The position numbers were made by a program, and so were the translations under genes. From assembly GCA_963740085.1 (NCBI GenBank), contig CAVUCU010000004.1:448001-512000 (forward strand): 64,000 bases of DNA. Direction: 5' to 3'. This DNA is from Nitrospirota bacterium. GTDB lineage: Bacteria; Nitrospirota; UBA9217. Of this stretch, positions 10,480 to 20,866 are shown piece by piece; positions within the stretch are counted from its first letter, which is position 1, and each line of letters begins with the position of its first letter. A model generated the notes under the pieces. That model did not search any database and was not told where the DNA came from. It saw nothing but the letters and a program-made list of their open reading frames with translations.

Positions 10480-10730
10480 TTTTTAATTGTACGAACAGTG
10501 CTAATCATGCGACCTGTAAAAAAGTTAGAATTAAGGGTAACCTCGAGAATACTTTGTGATTATTACAATTTCTAAAGTTATGTTTCTGATGGTCTCATTC
10601 TCTCGTTCCTAGGGAATTATTGCCACCAAAGTTGACACGCGGTGAACGGTTTTATAAAAAAGTGTAAATGTGAGACGTGGCAAATTTCTATATTAAAAAA
10701 GCAGGCACTATTTCGAAGGGCGGATGGAAT

Positions 10731-13700
10731 ATGAAGAAGATGCAATTGTCGTTTGTCGTAGTCTTGCTGGCTGTCGGGTTGCTTTTCGGTTCCGTTTCAA
10801 GGATGAACGCCCAGACATTACCAGCTGGTCTTGTTGCCGCCTATGGATTTAATGAGGGCAGTGGTAGCACTACCTCAGACGCTTCAGGTATGTCCAATAC
10901 AGGCACCATTTCAGGAGCTACCTGGACAACTTCCGGCCGCTTCGGCAATGCTCTTTCCTTTAACGGAAGTAGTAACCGGGTAAATATCAACGACGCCAAT
11001 TCCCTGGATCTCACTACCGGGATGACACTTGAGGCCTGGGTATATCCTACTTCTTTAAGTGGCTGGCGTTCGGTGATTCTCAAGGAACAATCCGGCGGTT
11101 TGACGTACGCTCTCTACGCCTATGATAATGCGCCCCAACCAGCTGCCTACATCAACACCGGGGGCAGCGATCTTACGGTCGCCGGCACGGCCAGTATCTC
11201 GCTCAACGCATGGACCCATCTTGCCTCGACATATGACGGAGCCTCATTCAAGCTCTATGTCAACGGCAGCCAAGTTGGAAGTAAGGCAATCAGTGGCGCA
11301 ATCAAAGCTTCCACCAACCCCTTGACCATCGGTGGAAACTCGGTCTGGGGAGAATACTTCAGCGGGCGGATCGATGAAGTACGCATCTACAACCGGGCGC
11401 TCAGTCAGGCTGAGATCCAGTCTGATATGAATACCTCGATCACAGTTTTACCACCAGATACCACGCCGCCGACTGCCCCTGCGAATCTATCGGCAACAGC
11501 GGCCGGCAGCAGCCAGATCAATCTGTCCTGGACCGCCGCTACCGACAATGTGGGGGTAACGGGATACCTGATAGAGCGTTGTCAGGGAACCGGCTGCAGT
11601 ACGTTCACACAGATTGCAACAACAACCACGACGACGTATAACAATGCCGGTCTCCAGGCATCAACGAGCTACAGCTACCGTGTGCGGGCAACGGACGCTG
11701 CGAACAATCTCAGTCTCTACTCCAACACCTCCAGCGCAACGACTCAACAGGCATCTGATACCACGCCGCCGACTGCCCCTGCGAATCTATCGGCAACGGC
11801 GGCCGGCAGCAGCCAGATCAATCTGTCCTGGACCGCCGCTACCGACAATGTGGGGGTAACGGGATACCTGATAGAGCGTTGTCAGGGAACCGGCTGCAGT
11901 ACGTTCACACAGATTGCAACAACAACCACGACGACATATAACAATGCCGGTCTCCAGGCATCAACGAGCTACAGCTACCGTGTGCGGGCAACGGACGCTG
12001 CGAACAATCTCAGTCTCTACTCCAACACCTCCAGCGCAACGACTCAACAGGCATCTGATACCACGCCGCCGACTGCACCTGCGAATCTATCGGCAACGGC
12101 GGCCGGCAGCAGCCAGATCAATCTGTCCTGGACCGCCGCTACCGACAATGTGGGGGTAACGGGATACCTGATAGAGCGTTGTCAGGGAACTGGCTGCAGT
12201 ACGTTCACACAGATTGCAACAACAACCACGACGACGTATAACAATGCCGGTCTCCAGGCATCAACGAGCTACAGCTACCGAGTCCGGGCAACAGACGCTG
12301 CGAACAACCTGGGTCCTTACTCAAGCACCGCAACCACTCTTACCTTGACCGCGGGTGTTGAGCCGGCTGGATGGTACGCCGGAGATATGCACGTGCATCG
12401 GAGCTGCGGGGGAACTCCAGAGACGCTATCGAGCATGTACCAGAGAATGGCGCCCAATAATCTGGCCGTTATATCCCTGTTGGCTGATATGGGGAACGGT
12501 GAGGTGCAGGACCCTGTCACAGACCTGCCGCGTGTGAATGGGTCTGATGACCCTGTTTCGACTCCCGGGCAGATCGTACACTGGGATACAGAATGGCACT
12601 GGGACCCCACCTATCCACAGTTTCCCCACCATGCACTTGGAGGGCATATCGTTGCTCTTGGACTTACGCAGGCATCCCAGGTTTGGGAGGAGTACACATA
12701 TCCGATCTTTAATTGGGCGCACCAGCGTGGCGGCATTGCCGGGTTTGCGCATATGCAATATCTCGATGGCACTAATACGATTGCGAATGGTCTCACGTGC
12801 TGCACTCCCATAGAGTACCCTGTAGAAGTCGCTTTGGGATCGAGTGACTTCATCTCGGAGGACGTTGACGATTGCAATTCAACGTGCGGTGGCGCAGCAT
12901 CTCCGGGTGTCAGTGCTCCGCTCTATCCCGAGAACGCCATGCTAGCCTATTACAAGTTGCTTAACTGCGGTTTTCGACCCGGTTTTGCGGGGGGGACTGA
13001 CTATCCTTGCAATTGCAATAACCCATTGGGTTCGATATTGACCTATGCCCAGGTGGCGGGTGGGCAAATGACGTACAGCAACTGGGTCCAGGGTATTGCC
13101 AAGGGCAGGACCGTGGTATCGCGAAACGGGCATAACGAATTCATGAGTTTGCTGGTGAACAACAGCGCGAGTCCCGGCGATGAGATCAAGTTGACGGGTG
13201 CTGGAAGTGTACAGGTGAGTATTCAGTGGACGGCTAACCAGACCCTGACCGGTACGATAGAGCTGGTGCAGAACGGCGTGGTCGTGGCCAGCCAGCCGGC
13301 GTCGGTAAGCCAGGGAGTTCCCGCAAGCTTGAACACAACAGTGAATTTTGCGAACAGCGGGTGGCTGGCTGCGCGGAGGATGGACAGCATCAAGGGACAT
13401 ATGGTGCATACGGCTGCGGTGTTCGTGACAATAAACAACGCGCCTGTACGTGCGAGTGTAGCGGACGCTCAGTTTTATGTTGGATGGATGGACAACCTGC
13501 TGACGAAGACCTCGCCGGGCGGTGCATGGAACCAGTATTTCCCGACCAATCTAGTTGCGGCGCAAGCCCGGTACTCAGCTGCGAAGGCACTGTATCAGCA
13601 AATTGCATTGGAAGCCGGCGGGCAGCCGACTCCAGTCACGATCACTACGACATCCCTGTCGGGCGGAGCACTGGGCGTCTCTTACTCGGCGACGCTGGCG

Positions 13701-13910
13701 GCCGGCGGCGGGGCAACTCCGTATACCTGGTCTATATCCAGCGGCTCACTGCCAGCCGGCCTGTCGCTTAACAGTGGAACAGGCGTCGTCTCCGGAACGC
13801 CGACGGCGCCAGGTACTTACAACTTCACCGCACGGGTGGCCGATTCCGGCAATCCTATCCAGACCGCTACAAAGGATCTGAGCATCTGCAGTCGCCGCTC
13901 AGGCGAGTAA
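10731..13910 (+). CDS. Giant secreted protein, N-terminal part: signal peptide, LamG, 3x FN3, CehA/McbA-like PHP metallohydrolase, He_PIG Ig; probably continuous with 13975..17520
   Basis: MKKMQLSFVVVLLA signal; LamG (MTLEAWVYP...IDEVRIYNRAL); GWYAGDMHVH, FAH and GGTD motifs; frame lost near 13885. Confidence 0.85.
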   Translation: MKKMQLSFVVVLLAVGLLFGSVSRMNAQTLPAGLVAAYGFNEGSGSTTSDASGMSNTGTISGATWTTSGRFGNALSFNGSSNRVNINDANSLDLTTGMTLEAWVYPTSLSGWRSVILKEQSGGLTYALYAYDNAPQPAAYINTGGSDLTVAGTASISLNAWTHLASTYDGASFKLYVNGSQVGSKAISGAIKASTNPLTIGGNSVWGEYFSGRIDEVRIYNRALSQAEIQSDMNTSITVLPPDTTPPTAPANLSATAAGSSQINLSWTAATDNVGVTGYLIERCQGTGCSTFTQIATTTTTTYNNAGLQASTSYSYRVRATDAANNLSLYSNTSSATTQQASDTTPPTAPANLSATAAGSSQINLSWTAATDNVGVTGYLIERCQGTGCSTFTQIATTTTTTYNNAGLQASTSYSYRVRATDAANNLSLYSNTSSATTQQASDTTPPTAPANLSATAAGSSQINLSWTAATDNVGVTGYLIERCQGTGCSTFTQIATTTTTTYNNAGLQASTSYSYRVRATDAANNLGPYSSTATTLTLTAGVEPAGWYAGDMHVHRSCGGTPETLSSMYQRMAPNNLAVISLLADMGNGEVQDPVTDLPRVNGSDDPVSTPGQIVHWDTEWHWDPTYPQFPHHALGGHIVALGLTQASQVWEEYTYPIFNWAHQRGGIAGFAHMQYLDGTNTIANGLTCCTPIEYPVEVALGSSDFISEDVDDCNSTCGGAASPGVSAPLYPENAMLAYYKLLNCGFRPGFAGGTDYPCNCNNPLGSILTYAQVAGGQMTYSNWVQGIAKGRTVVSRNGHNEFMSLLVNNSASPGDEIKLTGAGSVQVSIQWTANQTLTGTIELVQNGVVVASQPASVSQGVPASLNTTVNFANSGWLAARRMDSIKGHMVHTAAVFVTINNAPVRASVADAQFYVGWMDNLLTKTSPGGAWNQYFPTNLVAAQARYSAAKALYQQIALEAGGQPTPVTITTTSLSGGALGVSYSATLAAGGGATPYTWSISSGSLPAGLSLNSGTGVVSGTPTAPGTYNFTARVADSGNPIQTATKDLSICSRRSGE
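11457..12310 (+). repeat. Three near-identical 300-bp FN3 tandem repeats
   Basis: gataccacgccgccgactgc at 11457, 11757 and 12057. Confidence 0.95.
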
Positions 13911-13974
13911 CACTATTTGGCCAAGTACAACGGTTCCCAGCCTTGTTGATGGCGGTCCGGACAGCTCGGTTGAA

Positions 13975-16900
13975 TTGGGAGTGAAGTTCCAGGCCGATTC
14001 GAGCGGCTTTATCACAGGCATTCGCTTCTACAAGGCGAGCACTAATACCGGCACCCACGTGGGAAATCTCTGGACGAGCACGGGCACGAAATTGGCGACA
14101 GCCACCTTCGCGAATGAGACCGCATCGGGGTGGCAGCAGGTGATCTTCTCGAGCCCCGTGGCCGTGACCGCAAACACCGTATACATTGCTTCCTACCACG
14201 CCGGCGTTGGGCATTATAGCGCCGATGTAAATTACTTTGCGGCGAAGGGCATGGATAGCCCCCCGCTCCATGCTCTGGCCAATGGCGTCTCTGGCGGGAA
14301 CGGCGTCTACGCCTATGGCTCCTCCAGCAGCTTTCCCAATCAGACGTGGAACTCGGCCAACTACTATGTGGACGTACTGTTCAGTCCGGGAACCCCTCCA
14401 ATACTTGCCTCCATCGCACTGATGCCGGTCAGCCAGACGATCTCGACCGGTGCTACGCAGCAATTCACGGCCATGGGGACCTATTCCGATGGCAGCACGC
14501 AGAACATCTCCAGCCAGGCAGCGTGGGCTTCTTCGTCCACAGCCGCGGCTACCATCTCCGGCACCGGCCTTGCCACGGCCGTCGGTCCCGGCACAACCAC
14601 CATCACAGCGGCGCTGAGCGGCGTCATTGCCGGCACAAACCTGACCGTGCAGGCGCCTCCGTTGACGATCACGACACAATCTCTTCCGGGTGGCATACTG
14701 AACGTTTCCTACTCGGCGACGCTGTCGGCCGTTGGCGGGACCTCGCCGTACACCTGGTCGATCTCGAGTGGCTCGCTTCCTGCGGGCCTGTCGCTCAACA
14801 CGAGTACGGGTGTAATCTCCGGATCGCCCACGGTCGGCGGCGCTTTCAATTTCATCGCCCAGGCGACCGATTCCAGCAATACTGCACAGACTGCGACCAG
14901 GGCCTTGAGCATCGCCGCCGGACCGGCCGCGCCTATACTGATCATATCCTCAGCGTCGAACCCTTTCAGCAATTACTATACCGAGATCCTCCGGGCTGAG
15001 GGTTTTGACGAATTTGCGGTGGACGACATCTCATCGGTGTCTTCCGCGCTGCTCAATGCCTTTGACATTGTCATACTGGGCGATATGGCGCTCACCTCGG
15101 GCCAGGTCTCGATACTCAGCGACTGGGTCAATTCAGGAGGTTATTTGATCGCGATGCACCCGGATAAGAAACTCGCAGGCCTTCTTGGATTGACCGACCA
15201 GTCATTGTCAATGGCAAATGCCTATCTTCTGGTCAATACATCCACCGGTCCCGGCGTCGGGATCGTGAATCAGACGATACAGTACCACGGTTCGGCAGAC
15301 CTCTACAGGATCAGCACCGCGTCGAACCTTGCAACACTCTACTCAAACGCCACGACGTCGACATCCTACGCGGCGGTTTCGCTTAACAATGTAGGAACGA
15401 GTGGAGGGCAGGCCGCTGCATTTGCTTATGATCTTGCTCGTTCCGTCGTCTATACCCGTCAGGGTAATCCCGCCTGGGCCGGGCAGACACGTGATGGCTT
15501 GTCACCAATGCGTTCTGATGACCTCTTCTATGGGGCGGCAAACTTTGACCCGCAGCCCGACTGGGTCGATCTGAACAAGGTTGCTATCCCCCAGGCCGAC
15601 GAACAGCAACGCCTTTTGGCAAACCTGATCATCCAGATGAATTTCAATAAAAAGCCCCTGCCGCGCTTCTGGTACCTGCCGCGGCACCTGGCAGCGGCCG
15701 TGGTCATGACCGGGGACGACCATGGGTCCTTCTATAGCGGAGGAGCTACAGCCGCACGCTTCGATCAATTCATTGCCGCCAGTCCGCAGGGTTGTGTGGT
15801 TGACAACTGGGAATGTGTTCGCGGATCGGCTTACGTATTTCCGCCATCCGTTGCGAGTAATCCACTGAGCAATGCCCAGGCAGCCACTTATATAAATAGT
15901 GGATTTGAGATCGGAGTACATGTAGATTCAAGCACCGATTGCACTGACTGGACCCCTGCCTCTCTGGATATTGCCTATACGAGCGATCTTAATTCATTTG
16001 CCTCGATGTATCCGAGTGTCCCGGCGCCCGCGACCCATCGCATGCACTGCATTTCGTGGAGCGACTATGATTCCCAACCGAAGACAGAGCTCAGTCATGG
16101 GATCCGGCTGGACACAAACTATTATTACTATCCTCCGACTTGGGTCAATGACCGCCCGGGTCTTTTTACCGGTTCTGGTATGCCTATGCGGTTTGCCGAT
16201 ATTAACGGCAACATGTTAGACATATATCAGGCAACCACCCAGATGACCGACGAATCAGGCCAGACATATCCGTACACGATCGATACACTGCTCGACAATG
16301 CGACCGGACCAACAGGATACTACGGAGTCTATGTGGCCAACATGCACAACGATATTGCCCAGTCGCCGGGAGCTGACGCGATCGTTGCTTCCGCACAGGC
16401 CAGGGGGATCCCTGTTGTTTCCGCCCGGCAGATGCTGACATGGTTGGACGGCCGAAACGCCTCGACGTTCACATCACTGTCCTGGAACGGCAGCACGCTC
16501 AGCTTTTCGATCAGCGTCGGCCAGGGAGCGAACGGACTCGTGGCCATGGCTCCGATGGCAAACGGCCAAACGGTGACGAGTATAACGAATAATGGAAGCC
16601 CGGTCTCTTATTCAATGATCAGGAGCAAGGGTATCCAGTATGCGATCTTCACGGCGGCGAACGGAGCTTATCAGGTCAATTACGCCACGGATATCACACC
16701 GCCCACGGTAAGCTCGGTCACACCGATAAACGGCGCGACCGGCGTAAGCACGGGGACAAAGGTCACTGCAACCTTCAGTGAGTTGATAGACCCGACAACA
16801 ATCAAGGTGGGAACATTTGACGTGCGTAACTCCGCAAACACCCTTATAACAGCTACGGTAACCTATGATGCTGCAACACAGACCGCGACCCTGGCTCCGA

Positions 16901-17520
16901 CCGGTTCGCTGGTCATGTCGACGACTTATACCGCAACGATCAAAGGGGGAGCAAGCGGTGTGAAGGACGTTGCAGGCAATCCGCTGGCCAGTGATTTTAC
17001 CTGGTCTTTTACCACATCAGCGGCGCCGGCAGGACCATATTCCATCTGGCCGGGCACGACCGTTCCGGGAGTCGCGGACTCCGGTCCGGACGGTGCGGTG
17101 GAACTGGGTGTAAAATTCCGAGCCGATTCGAACGGATCCATCACGGGCATCAGATTCTACAAGGCAGGCACCAATACCGGGACCCACGTCGCCAACCTGT
17201 GGACGAGCACGGGTACGAAGTTAGCGACAGCTACTTTTACGAATGAGACTGCTTCGGGCTGGCAGCAGGTGAGCTTTTCCACGCCGGTGGCGATCACTGC
17301 CAATACCGTCTATGTGGCCTCTTATCACGCGAATGCGGGCCATTATAGCGACGATCAGAGCTACTTTGCGGGCAAGGGTGCGGATAGCCCTCCGCTCCAT
17401 GCATTGGCCGATGGCGTGTCCAGTTTCAACGGTGTGTTCGCCTACGGCTCTACCAGCAACTTCCCCAACAATGGATGGAATAGTTCCAACTACTGGGTGG
17501 ACGTCGTGTTCCAACCTTGA
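13975..17520 (+). CDS. Giant secreted protein, C-terminal part: DUF4082, Big_2, He_PIG, deacetylase-like domain, Big_5, DUF4082
   Basis: ELGVKF...ITGIRFYK...NYYVDV twice; VVMTGDDH...GFEIGVH...HRMHC; upstream sequence in this frame (from ~13912) already encodes the DUF4082 start. Confidence 0.85.
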   Translation: MGVKFQADSSGFITGIRFYKASTNTGTHVGNLWTSTGTKLATATFANETASGWQQVIFSSPVAVTANTVYIASYHAGVGHYSADVNYFAAKGMDSPPLHALANGVSGGNGVYAYGSSSSFPNQTWNSANYYVDVLFSPGTPPILASIALMPVSQTISTGATQQFTAMGTYSDGSTQNISSQAAWASSSTAAATISGTGLATAVGPGTTTITAALSGVIAGTNLTVQAPPLTITTQSLPGGILNVSYSATLSAVGGTSPYTWSISSGSLPAGLSLNTSTGVISGSPTVGGAFNFIAQATDSSNTAQTATRALSIAAGPAAPILIISSASNPFSNYYTEILRAEGFDEFAVDDISSVSSALLNAFDIVILGDMALTSGQVSILSDWVNSGGYLIAMHPDKKLAGLLGLTDQSLSMANAYLLVNTSTGPGVGIVNQTIQYHGSADLYRISTASNLATLYSNATTSTSYAAVSLNNVGTSGGQAAAFAYDLARSVVYTRQGNPAWAGQTRDGLSPMRSDDLFYGAANFDPQPDWVDLNKVAIPQADEQQRLLANLIIQMNFNKKPLPRFWYLPRHLAAAVVMTGDDHGSFYSGGATAARFDQFIAASPQGCVVDNWECVRGSAYVFPPSVASNPLSNAQAATYINSGFEIGVHVDSSTDCTDWTPASLDIAYTSDLNSFASMYPSVPAPATHRMHCISWSDYDSQPKTELSHGIRLDTNYYYYPPTWVNDRPGLFTGSGMPMRFADINGNMLDIYQATTQMTDESGQTYPYTIDTLLDNATGPTGYYGVYVANMHNDIAQSPGADAIVASAQARGIPVVSARQMLTWLDGRNASTFTSLSWNGSTLSFSISVGQGANGLVAMAPMANGQTVTSITNNGSPVSYSMIRSKGIQYAIFTAANGAYQVNYATDITPPTVSSVTPINGATGVSTGTKVTATFSELIDPTTIKVGTFDVRNSANTLITATVTYDAATQTATLAPTGSLVMSTTYTATIKGGASGVKDVAGNPLASDFTWSFTTSAAPAGPYSIWPGTTVPGVADSGPDGAVELGVKFRADSNGSITGIRFYKAGTNTGTHVANLWTSTGTKLATATFTNETASGWQQVSFSTPVAITANTVYVASYHANAGHYSDDQSYFAGKGADSPPLHALADGVSSFNGVFAYGSTSNFPNNGWNSSNYWVDVVFQP

Positions 17521-17546
17521 GGAAGCCATAAAGAGTCCCTTGTCCC

Positions 17547-17629
17547 GTCATTACGAGAAGCGGAGCGACGTGGCAATCCTTATTTTTATAAACGAGATTG
17601 TCACGCTCTCTGCATTTGCTTGCAATGAG
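17547..17629. repeat. Nested palindromic intergenic element (GTCATTGCGAG...CTCGCAATGAC type)
   Basis: Outer arms gtcattacgag / cttgcaatgag and inner arms cgtggcaatc / gattgtcacg around an AT-rich loop. Confidence 0.65.
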
Positions 17630-17784
17630 AACGGAACAAAATTGAATGCTTTAGGATTCATCTCGCCAGTAAGTACTCTGTTTTCCTAATATTTCTAACC
17701 TGATATTTCTAAAATGATGCTAAAATATAAGATGTCAAACTTAAAAAGAGAGGTGTCGGCTTGATACAAATCGGAGGTGGTCAT

Positions 17785-20636
17785 ATGAATAGTAATGTCC
17801 TTAAGAGTAACATGATTCTGAAAATTGCATTATCAGTCGCTGTTATCCTGTCATTCATGTTTCCATTGGAGGCGATCAGTTCGTGCGGTTCGCCGGCAAA
17901 CCCGATCGAAGCGGAGAACTGCCTGACTGGTAACCCCTCAAGCGAGTGGGATATTACCGGTGCTGGCGACCCAACTATCCAGGGGTTCGCCACCGATATC
18001 AGCGTCAACACGGGCGAGACTGTTCAGCTTCAAGATTGATGACGGACGCAGTCGCTATCATCTCGATATCTATCGGATCGGATATTACAATGGAGACGGC
18101 GCCCGCAAGGTCGGCTACGGTATTACCGTCCGACCATCACCTTCCGCAGATACAGCCTGCCTGCAGCGAAGATACGGCAAACAAAACTCACGGATTGTGG
18201 AAACTGGGCCGAGTCGGCGTCATGGACAGTCCCCGCAGGCGCTGTATCAGGTGTCTATATCGCGAAGCTCGTGCGCACCGATACCGGGGGAGCGAGCCAT
18301 ATCATTTTCATTGTCCGGGACGACACGGGCAATTCCGACCTTCTTTTCAAAACCTCCGATACTACCTGGCAGGCTTATAATAGTTATGGTCTCGGCTATA
18401 TTGAATACCCGGACTACGGTCCCTATCCATCCCAAAAAGCCACCAAGGCCAGTTATAACCGTCCTTTCACGACCCGTGCTGTTAACAGTGGCATGGGGGC
18501 ATACAACTGGTTCTTCCAGGCGGAATACCCCATGATCCGCTGGCTGGAGGCAAATGGTTACAATGTCAGCTACTTTACCTCAGTCGACGCCGACCGTCGC
18601 GGCGCTGACATCCTTTTGCACAAAGTCTTCCTCTCGGTAGGCCATGACGAATACTGGTCCGGCCAGGAACGTGCAAATGTCGAGACTGCCCGGACTACAG
18701 GAATAAACTTAGCTTTTTTCAGCGGCAATACGAGCTATCGTAAGATCCGCTGGGAAGACAGCATTGACGGTTCGAATACCTCGCTATACGAGAGCAATGG
18801 TCTCCTACAGCGAAAGCAATTCTCCCACACACAATGAGCCTGCCATATCCGATTTGGACGGGCACATGGCGTGATTACCGTTTCAGCCCACCGGCAGACG
18901 GCGGAAGACCTGAGAACGCTTTAACCGGGACTCTATTCACGGTCTCTGAAGGACCGAACGAACTCGGAATTTCTCTTGTGGTTCCCGAAGCTAATGGCAA
19001 GATGCGCTTTTGGCGCAACACTCCTGTCGCGTCGCTCTCACCCGGTCAAACGGCTACCCTTGGCGATCGCGTTGTTGGTTACGAGTTTGACGAGGATATC
19101 GACAACGGCTATCGACCTAATGGGTCGATGCAATTGTCTTCCACACCAACCCCGGTGAATGCAAAGCTCCTTGGCAATAATATCAACCTGGGGCAGGACT
19201 CCTATCTGCCGGGAACAGCCACGCACGTTATGACCCTCTATCGTGCAGGTACTGCATTGGTGTTTTCAGCCGGGACGGTGCAGTGGTCCTGGGGACTCGA
19301 TGGCCAGCATGATAATGGTCCGTCTGTCCCTAATGTGAGCATGAAGCAGGCCACGGTCAATCTTTTTGCTGACATGGGTAATGTGCAGCCGGCAACCATA
19401 CAGGCAGGGTTAACAGCTGCCAGCGCCTCTACAGACACCACTCCCCCGACCTCGGCCATCTCCTCACCCTCCGGCGGATCCTCTGCAGTGACCGGTTCTA
19501 CGGTGATGATCACCGGCACCGCGGCTGATAGCGGGGGTGGAATTATAACAGGAGTAGAGGTTTCGACCGACAACGGGGTTACGTGGCATCCGGCAATTGG
19601 GCGCGCGAGCTGGAGCTATACCTGGGTACCGACCATTCAGGGTTCCGCCATCATCCGCAGCCGGGCCATCGACGACAGCGGCAACATTGAGACACCCTTA
19701 ACGGGAAATAGTGTCACGGTTAATGCTTGCACGGTGAATTGCACCATTTGGCCAGGCACCGTTCCCGAAATTGCGGATGCCGGTTATGATAACGCCGCTG
19801 TTGAGCTGGGCGTGAAGTTCCGTTCGGATTCTGCCGGCTATATCACGGGCATCCGCTTTTACAAGTCGAGCGCCAATATCGGCGCCCATGTGGCAAACCT
19901 GTGGTCGGGCACCGGGACGTTACTGGCTTCGGCGCCATTCTACAGTGAGACCGCGTCTGGTTGGCAGCAGGTAAACTTTTTGACCCCCGTTTCTATCGCG
20001 GCAAATACGGACTATGTTGCATCTTACTTTGTCAGCGATGGTCATTACAGTGCGGATCCATACTACTTTCTGTCCGAGGGTATTGACAGCGCGCCGTTGC
20101 ATGCATTGAAAGACGGAATTTCCGGCTTTAATGGAGTATATGCGTATGGCGCTGCCAGCAGCTTCCCGAATCAGGGATTTCATAGCAATAACTATTGGGT
20201 GGACGTGGTGTACAGTGCAACATCACCGCCAGTACCGACACTTACATCCATTGAAGTGACGCCGGCTGGTCAGACGATTTTCAGAGGAGCCACGCAGCAG
20301 TTCACTGCCACCGGGATCTATTCCAACGGCAGCACAACGAACCTGACAAGTCAGGTTACGTGGGGATCATCCAACACAGGCGTCGCCACGATCACGAGCG
20401 CCGGACTCGCCACTGCCGTTAGCGCCGGCGGCACCACCATTTCGGCGGTATTTGGTTTAACCGGAAGTACGACCCTGACCGTGCATGTAATGCCGCTGAC
20501 GATCACAACACAGTCTTTGCCGGGTGGTCTCCTGAACGTCTCTTACTCGGCCGCGCTCTCGGCCAGCGGCGGGACCTTACCATACACCTGGACGATCTCA
20601 AGCGGCTCGCTGCCGTCAGGCTTGTCAGCTCGATAG
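17785..20636 (+). CDS. Giant secreted protein, N-terminal part: N,N-dimethylformamidase beta-subunit-like domain, Ig, DUF4082, Big_2; several frameshifts
   Basis: NPIEAENCLTG, TSDTTWQAYN, LSVGHDEYWS, LAFFSGN, VGYEFD, VFSAGTVQWSWGLD, spread over ORFs 17761, 17960, 18271 and 18834. Confidence 0.82.
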
Positions 20637-20866
20637 CGGCAACGGGAGCCATCTCAGGAACGCCGACCGTATCTGGAATCTTTAATGTATCATTCCAGGT
20701 TTCCGACAATGCTTCGCAGACGGCAACAAAGGCCCTCAGCATCGTTATCAACCTCAGTGGATCAATTCTGATCATTTCATCATCGTCGAATCCCTTCAGC
20801 AGCTACTATGCCGAGATCCTTCGGGCTGAAGGACTAACCGAATTTACTGAGAAAGATATAACTTCG

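Noticed and set aside
8931-14679. Minus-strand ORFs 8931..9938 and 13867..14679
   Set aside because: They fully overlap well-supported plus-strand genes and have no protein-like motifs.
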